A DNA stretch of 64,000 nt from Podarcis filfolensis. Its lineage: Eukaryota. The notes beneath the pieces were generated by a model, which had not been told where the DNA came from, ran no database searches, and was given only the letters and a program-made list of their open reading frames with translations. The translations under genes and the position numbers were made by a program. Each line of letters begins with the position of its first letter. Position 1 is the first letter of the stretch. The stretch lies in the NCBI GenBank assembly GCA_964270895.1, contig OZ185444.1; one strand, given 5' to 3'. Positions 54,259-64,000 of the stretch are shown here, in pieces.

Positions 54259-57200
54259 TGTTCAACAAAGAAAATTAGTGTCAGCGGCAGAATATTTATA
54301 TAGTGCCCTCATCCTTACTACATTTGTTTTCCAGAATTAATATTGTTTTCTTTTACTTTAAAAGAAAAAAAATTGGTTTAAGCATGTATGCATATTTTTG
54401 CAAAAGTTTTTCCAAATTTGGAAGCTGATATACAAACGAGATTCCGGAGAATAGTGGTAAGAGTCGCAAATATTCATACTGGGGCCCTAACATTTGTCCA
54501 AATATCAGCATACTTTTGCAAGGCAAGAAAGACCCAGTTTGTAGCCCATTACAAACAGTCATGGTCACCTCACAAATGTGCAAGTCCACTGCTTTCCCCA
54601 AGAGCCCACAAACTTATGGCAGCAACAAAATTTGCGTGTTCTTCGTGTACAAAAAAACCTGCAAATGTAAATGCTGTCATGAAACATGCACCAAAAATAT
54701 TTCTTCTTTGAGGACGAAAACAAGAATGGATATACCAACCAAAATTTTTGGTTAAGAAAGCCACTTACAAGCAAGAAACATAAATTTCATGCTTCTCACA
54801 TAATCCTTCAAAACTCCCTGAGGGGAGAGGCAGCGCAAGCATCCTGTTGAGCTGTTACCATCCAGCTGCCAGAGGTGGCCCCTACCCCAGCAGACAGCCC
54901 TCTTCCCCAGAGTGAGGGGAGAAGAAACAAATTAAGCTGAAACTCATGAGCACAGGGCAAAAGAAGCGCACAGAAGATAAGGAAAAGCTAGTAAAGAACA
55001 TGCCTGCCCAGAATAGAAGCGGTGCAAATGTGAAACTTCAGAGGTGTATAGCTAGATCTCATCCACCTGGGGTAACTGAACTAACTACAACCATGCCTCT
55101 TCCAAATGTTTCCCTTTTTATTTACATATGGGAAACCAAGATTTGATTTTATCAAACCAGGATCAAATGGTGCTTTGATATACTAGTTTATTAATTCATT
55201 AACTATGGTTAAATAAACCAATTTCCTGTATTCAGATGAAAATGGAAGCTGCAGTTTTTTCAAAAAGTGACAGAGCTTTAAATTTCCCTTGCCCCTTCCC
55301 ATTCAAAGTAGAGAGAAGGAAGAGCAGAGGGAGCATATAAATCTGAGGCTTGCTGTAGTTCAAGTAAGTCACAACAAACTATGCTTTGCCATGCCTCAAT
55401 CGGGTCATAATCAAAGCTTTGACTTATCTAATCTCTTCTCTATTCTCACTCAAATAGTTAACCAAACTGAAATGTAATTGGATACAGTAATGAGAATACT
55501 AATTGAACATCCTTTTGAGATCCATATTAAAATATTTTAAGTTAACAGAAAGATTTCAAAAGCTTTTAAAGAGAATACTAATTTAGCTTTTAAAAAGAGG
55601 CACACCATTACCTGAAATATTTTTGTTTGCTTTTTCAGTTTGCCAAACTAGTGGAAGGCCACAAAATGGACTTTGCCTGGAGGTGAGAACAGTTCAGCCA
55701 GATAACAGAATATGCCGCTAGCTTCTAGATACTGCGTAAGAGAATGGACCATCTAGTCTAGCATACCTGGTGTCCGTGCTTCTCCCCTGGGCTCCCCTGT
55801 CCAGGGAAAGGTGAAGACTAAAGGAGAAACTCCAGTGCCAGCCAGAAATGGCACACACAAGCTCCTTTTGCTGCCGCACAAGTCAACTGTGAAACAGGGA
55901 ACTGTTGCTGTTGCACTACTGCACAAATCAGTTGTCCAGCCTCTATTTCACTGCGTAGAGCATTTGAGCTCTTTGGGGCAGCAGAAGCCGCCTGGGTGCC
56001 TTCCTGTGGGCTCTGGGGGAGAGCCTCCTCATGAAAAATACAGAGCTCTTCCTCAGAACTGGCCAAGTCTGCCTCCTTGGCCAGGGAGGCAAAAGGAGAG
56101 GAGGGAGGGCATTAAAGAAAATTACAAGGAAAAAGAAATTAAATAAGAAATGGAAAAATGCAAGATAAAAGAAAATAAATGAGAATGGGAAAATGTGCTG
56201 GGTCAGGAGCCTTCAGCACTAGAGACCTGTCTGACCAACGTGAGAGGCAAGGCCGGTCTGGCAAAAGTGGGGATGGCGCCTCCCTCAGCCAAGCATCCTT
56301 AACTGACCCTGCCTGTCCAGCCCGATGGGAGGAACCATCCCAGTGTAAGCACTGCCCCTCCAGGAGCCCCTGGGGAAAAAACTCTTTAATGCCATTTCAA
56401 ATCTGGGCACTAGGCAAACAAAACACATTGCTGGGCTACCTCTTGCACACAAGACTTCCATCTACTGACAAAATGAGGTTGCAAGTGGTCAGGAAAAGTT
56501 GTTGGTGTAACTCACATGTGCAGTGCAGTCTGGGCCTTGGCTGCCTCCTGCTTGGTGCTGTATCGGATAAGGGCGGTGCCTTGGGTCAGGTTGAGATGGA
56601 ATGTCAGCAGTGGACCATGCTGCATGCAGATGGTCCTCAAAGTTGACCCATCAATCTTGTGAAGAACAGATTGGAAGAACAAAGACAAACAGCAGGTTTA
56701 TGGGGGGGAGGTAAGTATTTTCATTTGTAAATATACCTGAAATAGTATTGTTAATATGCAAACCAAAAATATCAGGCAATTACTGTAAATGCCACAAGAG
56801 AAAGAAACTAAGCTCAAAATACAGTGGTACCTCTAGTTATGGGCTCGATCTGGCGTTTGCACCCTGAAAAGTCTGTAACTAGAGTGCCGCTTCTGCACAT
56901 GTGCTAAGTGTGCAGAACGCTTCTGTGCACGCATGCGGGGCAAAACCCTGAAGTATACGCTTCTGGGTTTGCCACGTTCGCAAGCTGAAGAGACGCAACA
57001 TGAACCTAATGCAACACGAGGTATGACTGCACTGAGAAAGCAGGGTGTCTCAGCAGACACAAACAAAAGTTGAAGGAACCTTACAGGCCTTTGTTTTTGG
57101 CAGCAGTGCTGGAAACATTCTGTGGTTTCGCTATGAAAACATAAGAAAGAAAACTAGCCATTCTGCCTAGCATCCTGAAGACTGGGAGTTTTGTAAAAAA

Positions 57201-60200
57201 CGACAACACTATATTTTGCATTCACAAAATTGCTTACTTTCCTAACTAAAACAAGCACTGCAATTAATTCACAATCCAATAAAAAAAATAAGCTGAAAAT
57301 GTGGTTTACAATAGGTCTCTCATGTCCTAAACACACTGTCATACTAGTTAGCTTGTGTTGCTACATAAATACAATATTTATTTAAAACAATCAACAATTC
57401 AGAATAGTCTTGTTTCAGTAATAAAAAGGAAGCAGAAGACAGAAATACCTGCGGAGTGAGATTGTGAAGAACCAGCCAGTAGCTGGGACGAACAGATCCA
57501 CCATCACTCCAGGTAGAGGCTGCAAATGATTAAACAGTAAGCAGGATACATTTGGATGAGACCTACTTCAAAATTTATCTTAAACAGAAAACCAGAATGA
57601 ATTCTGTGCTTTATAGAAACCATTTCACTTGCCACATTTAACATGAAAGACAGGGTTGTTCAAGTGGTCACTGGTGCAGCTACACATATGGATTCTGCAG
57701 TTGCACAAAGTAACATTCAGAACTTTCAAAAGATAAGAGCACACTCAAAGGAGTATGGCTTCTACCTTCCCAACAATTTCCTGTTGCGGCAGCTATATAA
57801 AGAAACATGAGACGGAGAGCAGGTCAAAATGACATTTGCAGTTATAGTATCAGGTGGAACTATAGCTGCTGAGGATCAAACCATGACAGGAATGCAGAAC
57901 TGAGAAGACAAGATGAGATGTTTTGCCTAGGAGTTGACCCCTGGCTGGAACACATACAGGAATCAACACTAAAGAGGACGCATTCTCAGATGGGTGGATG
58001 ACAGTTCTCAAGGCCATTGGCCCCAGAATCTAGGTTGAACTGCCGTGTCAGCAGCCACCCAAATAAGGCAGGAGGGGAGAACCTTTTTCAGTCAAAGGAG
58101 GACATTTCCTTCTCGGCAATCTTCCAAGGGCCACATAACAGTGGGGGTGGAGCCAGAGGCAAAAGTGGATGGAGCAACAAATGCAAATTTTTAGCTTTTG
58201 TACACTGATCTAGTTTCTACACACACTCACATAATTCTGTTTATCCTCCCTCCAGAAATTCAAGTGACATTAGCAGAGTTTAAGGACATATTGCAGCCTG
58301 GCAAAAACATTTGGGGTGTTAAGCACAACCAGTGAAGGTTACTGCCTGGGGAAGGTTCCAAGGGAAAGACAGAAAGGCCTGGAGTGCAGAAATCAACCCC
58401 TGGGGCTGAGGTGCCTCAATCCAACAATAAGGTTTCAAGCTCAGCCAGAGGACAGGAGAGTCATAAACCTCTACAAAAATCAAAAAGAGCACATGGGGTG
58501 ATGTGTTGGAGACAAGTAAGACTTTGCCACAGTGATACAGAAGCTCAATGATGTGAATGCAAAGTGTAAAAGCAACTTAGTCTGAGTGGATGCAATAAGT
58601 AGACAGCTATCTATCTATGGGAAGATCAAAATCCCTTACTGACAGAAGTGTGCAATGATGACAGTTCTAAATAGCTCTAAAACTTTGCAATCCTATAGAG
58701 AAGCTGCATTCACTCAGAGCAAAGTGAGGCAAACAGCAAAGTTTTGGCTGAAAGGCTATATGAAAGTAAGCATCTTCCAAATCTGTGGATGTGGACCAAG
58801 TTGACATGAAAGATGTTTGCTTTCACTTAAAAGAATTTGACAAGGGTTACCATACTGCACATCTTTGGACTTATGACACATCCTGAAGGTCCAGAAGTGG
58901 CCAAAGACCTCAGTCTTCTGGGGGATAGAAAAATGCTTTAAAAAATGCTAAATGCACAAGGCATTGAGTACCAGTTTATCTCTTTTCAGAGGAAGATTTT
59001 GGTATTTTCCTCTAAAAGGGACTGAAGTTTAGAAAAACACATTTGGGTGTCATGGACTGGATGTTGAGTGGTGGGAGGAACCAGCTGGAGAACCTCCAAG
59101 ACTCAGAGCCCAGGGATTGGTGGTGGGATGATGATGAGTGGTCAGAGGGAGCATACAGGAAGGAGGTGTCAGAAGCTGAAGAGGAAACAGGGCTTAGTGA
59201 GCAAGAAAGAGTTTGTGGCAGAGAGCAGTCCAGAATCAGAGGCAAAAGGGAAGGCTGGAGAGGTTAACAGCCATGGTCAATGTAAAGGGCAATTCAGTTC
59301 CCATAGAGGGCAGTGTAGTAAGCAAGCTAGGGAAGACCTCCATAGCACAAGTGACCTACCGGTTCAATGATACAGTCCCTGCCATTAACAACATGAGCAG
59401 AATTGAAGTGGAACAAAGTTGTGTAGCTTGTGCTGCTTTGGAGACTTTGACCTTGGCACTGAAAGCAAAGACAGCCTGCTCCAGCAACATTCCCTGTGCC
59501 TGAAACAAGTGATTTTGTGTGTCTGCCTAGTGAAACATAGACAGCTGGAACCATATGCATTACAGGTCCCTCACCAAGTTAAGGAGGTAGTCTGCTGCCA
59601 CAAACTGAGCACCTCTTAAAAAGTTGCAGTTGCACCACAAGCACCCGCTTGAGAGTGAGGCATGCACTATTGCAGAATTAGCACAAAGGTTTTTTGTTTT
59701 TTTAAAAAATCCACTGTAGAGAAAAAAAGGTGAAAAAGATGAAGTGAAGGAAAAGAAGGGCCTAGCTCATATGCTCTCTCAGGGGTAAGTGAGAGTTTCT
59801 TTTGCTGCAGTGACCAGAAAAAATGGGAGCCACATTGACCTTTTTTGAGTGTGCACACTGAGGGTTGGGGGTTAGCTTTCCACCTAAACCCCTTCAAGAA
59901 AGTGCTAAATGATACTCTGTGAGGATGAAGTCTGTGGATCTGCACAGACAACATGAAGAACTGTATCTTCTTGAGCTCCCCCCCCCCCACAACTTATTCA
60001 ATACATGTTGCTTGTCAACCTTCAAGGACCTCATCTGACAGGAAGGGTCTAGCTGTATCTCCCTCAGTTTCCTCAGCAGTTTCTGACAAACATCCCATAG
60101 CCCTTTTAAGAGAGAGAAATAGAACATTCTCTTTTCTCTCGTTGAGCAATTATAACATTCTCTCACCTAAAGGTCTAATCATATGCAGACTAGTAATGCT

Positions 60201-63200
60201 GTGGAACTTGTTCATGGGCCAAGCAATAAGAATGCTAGGAAATTCTACTCACCAGAGGCAAGCCTTGAATCCTGTGCCCCCCACCCCCTGAGTGAGCGGG
60301 GTGCTGTGCTGCTCCAGGGAGAGGATGGTTTTGGATTACTCAGACCAGGAGGTGGGCGGGGTAGCCCTGTAGTGTTTCTTGAGGAAATATTGTTTCTCCA
60401 CTTGTTGGAGAGATGAGGGGGATTGGGTCCTATGGGATCTGGGGACCATGTTGATTTGTAATCACTGAACTTTGCTACAACAGAGGAAAGGAAAAGCCAA
60501 TAAATTAGTGAAAGTTAATACACATAACACAGATCATCATAATTTTAGTCTGTCGAAGTATATTTGCATGTGATCCAGCTTACACGCTTTTGTGACAATA
60601 TAGTACACGGATCTGAAAAAACTTCACCAGGGAGTTATTTAATACGTAAAAAAAGTTACACTGAGGAAAAAACCCAGGCAACTATCTATTGTACAAAGCA
60701 TTGCTATATATGCTTATATATCTCAAGGTTTTCCATCTACAATATAAAATGTGAGCAGGGTGCATTGAGAATGGAAACCAGATACCTGAAGTGCTATGAA
60801 CATTTGTGAAGGAATTGTCAGAGGCACTGTAGGGCCAGGCACCAGGTGAAGGCAGCGAGGTGTTGAGGGAAGAATTAGACCCTATGGCATAATAAGGAAA
60901 GGTAAAGAAAAATATTATAGATTAATAAAGAATTTATGTGACAACTGACATTTCTAGCAATGACAATGAATGGCAGAAACCTATTGCAGATCCATGTATT
61001 TAGTCTTAACATAAATTAAACCATAGCAACATCTGCATCTTCAAACCTTAGAATAGAATACAGAGCAGAATAGGGTTGTTTGTATTTGCCTACTGCCATT
61101 AATACAGGACAGGGACATTTCCAGGGGGAAATTTGCTAAGTGCAAACAGGGTTTTAATTCATTCTCTTGGTTCACCAATGCTTACCCTCCAGATAAGATA
61201 TTTTCCTATTTTCCCCTCTAGCTAAGTCTAAAACTGCGACTAAGACTGGCTGGGGGGAAAGGGGCCTGGCAGAAGAGGTTATAAGGAAAAATAATTGGCT
61301 GTGTAGAGAGATTAACCACCCTCAATTTTGCTGATTCTCCCCTGCAAATGTATCCCAGCCCCAACTTATAATCAGCACACATGTATTTGCTGATCCAACT
61401 TGTTATTCCAGTTATAATAGTTGCAAGGTAAACAGAAATTGTATTATGTAATAAATATACCTGTGGTGTTGTCCCGCAGAAGTTGGTGATCAGTATCTAC
61501 AATGGGGGATGTGGCTGTACCCCCCAGCACACTTCCTGGGGTCACATAGGGATCAGATTCAGGGTCAATGTTTGGAATACCTTTCCATGGCACTCCTGGC
61601 TGAAACTCTGAAAGATAACAATAATCATACAGTATTTCAAATGAAATATTCAAGACTTAAAGTTGTTAAATTCTTCCAACAAGTATGAGGTGTCCAAGAA
61701 TGTGTGGTGTCACGTTTCTAGTTCTGGGGTCTTGGGAGATCAGTTTGAGAGTGCAGATAATGTTATTAGAGGAATCTAATTACAAATGTAAAGGCATACA
61801 TGTGTTTCCTAGTCCCTTATTAGCTCTTCCATTCCTTCCTACCCTTTCAAAAATAGCAATTAAAATGTTATTCTACATTCTGATTAAAAAGCATACAAAT
61901 TAATATTGCTACTATATGTGTGTATGTAGTCAATCAGTCACATTTTTATTGTCTGTAGCCAATTGCCATTACAATATAAATCACAAAAAATAAAGATGCC
62001 AATTCAAGAGTAGGCTTAAAGCACACCTATTTTCAAAATTTGGGGTGGTGGTGGTGGTGATGATGATGATGATGATGGGAAAGAGGCAACGCTTGGTGAA
62101 GTCTCAGAAATAAATAAATTGCTGTACAGTCGTACCTCATTTTGCGGCTGGGATCTGTTCCAGAGCCCCGGCTGCTAGCCAAAAAGGACGCAGGGCAAAG
62201 TGCTGAGTCTGCGTACGGAGTGGTTTGTGCTTCTGCACATGTGGCAAACCCGGAAGTAACCCATTCCGGTACTTCCGGGTTTGCTGCAGACGTTCGCCGG
62301 AATGGACGCTAGACAAGGCGGACGCTCGCAAGACGTATTACTGTATAACATTCCCAGTGGTCAAGAGTAGGGCATTACTGTTCAGTGTAGCAACTTTATC
62401 CTAACCCTAAACCTCCCCAAAAAATAAACTATACAAAATAAAAAAGTGCTTAGTTCTTGTCATTTATACAGACCAAAGAAGTTTGGTTTCTTTAAAATGG
62501 AGTTTACACCTCTGAAACAAGTTTTACACAACCTCATACAGGGAAATGGTCCAAAATCTGGGGGGGAAAACCCCTCTTACAATGAATGTTTGCACAGCAC
62601 CAGTCTGCTGCGCATAGAAAGCCATTGACAGTGGTGACACATTGATCACAGTAACAAATTTTATTTTATAAGCTGGGATGTAACATTTATGAACAGTTTT
62701 CAAGGACACTGAAATTACCTGGAGGCCAACTGGCATTGCTGGATTTGCTTCCAATCTTACTTGTTGGTGGAGATTTGGCAGGTAACCAACTATCTCCAGC
62801 AGGACCTGTGTGGCTGCCCAGTGGGTCGCCAGGGATTATATCAAATTGGTTATAGGGCGATGCCCCTCGTACTTTTCCAGGGGGCACAATCGTCCCTGGA
62901 AAGCAGAGGAAAAATATTATTTTGATAAAAGGACATCATGGTAGCAGCTGAAACAGGGCTCAAACCTAACATAAAAGCAGAATGACAATTCATACCAGTT
63001 TCACTGTAACAATAAAGCCACTAGAGCAAGGGTCACCAACCTTTGAGGGCCAGTGGGCACATTTGGAATTTTGTGAAAGTGTTGTGGACGGCAGTCACAA
63101 AATGACTGCTGTGGAGGTGTGGCATAAGACAAAATGGCTGCCATGGAGGCATATAGGAGAGGACACACCAGTGCAAACAGGAACTAAGTTGGAAGAGTGA

Positions 63201-63765
63201 ACAGTCTCTCATGCATTGTGGAATTTGGAGGGGATATTTACCAAGACCTTTCATGGGTGCTACAGGAAATACTGAAGGGCAAACTGGTGCCCAAGGGCAC
63301 CACAGTGGCAACCCCTGCACTACAGTGAGAGAGAAAATAGCATATATATAATGTAAGAAAAACAAGATACAAAATTAGAGGCCTTTTTTTAAAAAAAAAG
63401 GTTACCAGAACAAAAAGCCCATTATGATTTGTTCAGATTTCTATATTACCTTTCCAAAGGCATTTGCATTGCTAACAGTTGCTTAGAACAATTAAAATAC
63501 AACAATCTCACAGCAAAACAACAATACAGGAGAAGTTGCTGTCCTAGTGTTTCACTAGAGGCAAAAAGTGGCAATATAAATATACCCTGTAAAATCATTT
63601 TTGATAACGTAAGCTGGAATCTCTCACCATTTTTGTGCATATTGGCATCTTGGGAAGCTACAGATGGCAATCCATCCATCATAGAAGTCCATTGTTTAAA
63701 GCGAGATTCTGTTCCAGTTTCTTTCCCTCCTACCATGCCATAATCCATGCCACTTGAACCAAAAC
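53635..63765 (-). CDS. TNRC6B: TNRC6B (GW182 paralog) C-terminal silencing domain, last 8 coding exons (5'-partial)
   Basis: PAM2 ([17 protein letters not shown]), RRM ([27 protein letters not shown]) and C-terminus [12 protein letters not shown]; all phases consistent. Confidence 0.97.
54131..54312. repeat. Perfect 55-bp inverted repeat with a (CA)n(TA)n spacer
   Basis: 54131-54185 is the exact reverse complement of 54258-54312. Confidence 0.97.
56516..56655 (-). CDS. TNRC6B: TNRC6B exon ([14 protein letters not shown]...QTALHM), RRM
   Basis: caag/gtgag boundaries, 140 nt. Confidence 0.95.
56822..57029 (+). mobile_element. Tc1/mariner MITE, second family
   Basis: cagtggtacctc...gaggtatgactg; internal palindrome. 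Confidence 0.75.
57449..57519 (-). CDS. TNRC6B: TNRC6B exon ([23 protein letters not shown])
   Basis: gcag/gtatt boundaries, 71 nt. Confidence 0.94.
59048..59564 (+). mobile_element. Older solo LTR (Gypsy-like) in a TNRC6B intron
   Basis: Starts TGTCATGGAC, purine-rich acidic-coding U3-like body, putative end TTACA; no clean TSD. Confidence 0.55.
60253..60474 (-). CDS. TNRC6B: TNRC6B exon ([13 protein letters not shown]...QDSRLAS)
   Basis: gtag/gtgag boundaries, 222 nt. Confidence 0.94.
60786..60881 (-). CDS. TNRC6B: TNRC6B exon ([31 protein letters not shown])
   Basis: atag/gtatc boundaries, 96 nt. Confidence 0.94.
61461..61607 (-). CDS. TNRC6B: TNRC6B exon ([19 protein letters not shown]...RDNTT), PAM2
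   Basis: tcag/gtata boundaries, 147 nt. Confidence 0.95.
62047..62077. repeat. (GGT)n(GAT)n microsatellite
   Basis: Read directly. Confidence 0.85.
62127..62343 (+). mobile_element. Tc1/mariner MITE, second family
   Basis: cagtcgtacctc...gtattactg with TA flanks; 15-bp internal inverted repeat gcaaacccggaagta/tacttccgggtttgc. Confidence 0.78.
62719..62895 (-). CDS. TNRC6B: TNRC6B exon ([10 protein letters not shown]...SSNASWPP)
   Basis: ccag/gtaat boundaries, 177 nt. Confidence 0.95.
63025..63320. mobile_element. hAT-like non-autonomous element
   Basis: caagggtcaccaacctttgagggccagtgggcacattt 5' end; 3' boundary uncertain. Confidence 0.45.
63628..63765 (-). CDS. TNRC6B: TNRC6B exon ([15 protein letters not shown]...NMHKN)
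   Basis: acag/gtgag boundaries, 138 nt. Confidence 0.94.
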
Positions 63766-64000
63766 CTGTGAAAAACCAATGACAACTTGAGGGCCAAGGA
63801 TTTCCCACCCCTGCTTTAAGCTAAACTGCTTTATAATTATGTTTTTAAACCATATAGATGGCTGAGATGATGCAAATGCTCATCACTACAACGCTGTCTT
63901 ATGCTTTTGTACAAATACTTTTTGTAACATGATATCCTGCAATAAGCAAGGCTGTTTGAAAATAAAGCTAGTGAGTCAACATAACGCTGAAGTACACTCT

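Noticed and set aside
56179-56646. 155-aa plus-strand ORF
   Set aside because: Largely the antisense shadow of the TNRC6B RRM exon and adjacent intron
59043-59267. Trp-rich ORF as an extra GW-repeat exon of TNRC6B
   Set aside because: It is on the opposite strand and inside an LTR-like repeat

Overview
Eukaryotic (vertebrate) genomic DNA. The repeat content (Sauria SINE, BovB, CR1, L2, TA-flanked MITEs) points to a squamate, most likely a lacertid lizard. Three genes lie head-to-tail on the minus strand in the order known from mammals. (1) TNRC6B (GW182 paralog): last 8 coding exons at 63765-53635, followed by an inferred ~12 kb 3'UTR to ~41580. (2) ADSL (adenylosuccinate lyase): complete, 13 exons at 38961-22765, 481 aa. 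(3) SGSM3 (RUTBC3 Rab-GAP): 5' part, with a non-coding exon 1 near 20323 and coding exons 2-11 at 11802-1655; the gene runs off the left edge. Exon boundaries were read by hand and the splice phases close consistently. No rRNA, functional tRNA or CRISPR array was seen, and there are two short assembly gaps. Items most worth a second look: a perfect 55-bp inverted repeat in the last TNRC6B intron; oppositely oriented copies of one MITE family across ADSL introns (circRNA/dsRNA geometry); solo LTRs carrying acidic open frames; a Pro-to-Ala change in the ADSL catalytic signature loop; a twice-repeated 31-nt stem-loop, a MIR-derived let-7 site and a cluster of 8mer miRNA sites in the TNRC6B 3'UTR; and two non-canonical splice sites. 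Gene, repeat-family and miRNA assignments come from recall, not database searches. I did not find clear evidence of a wholly new biological system.
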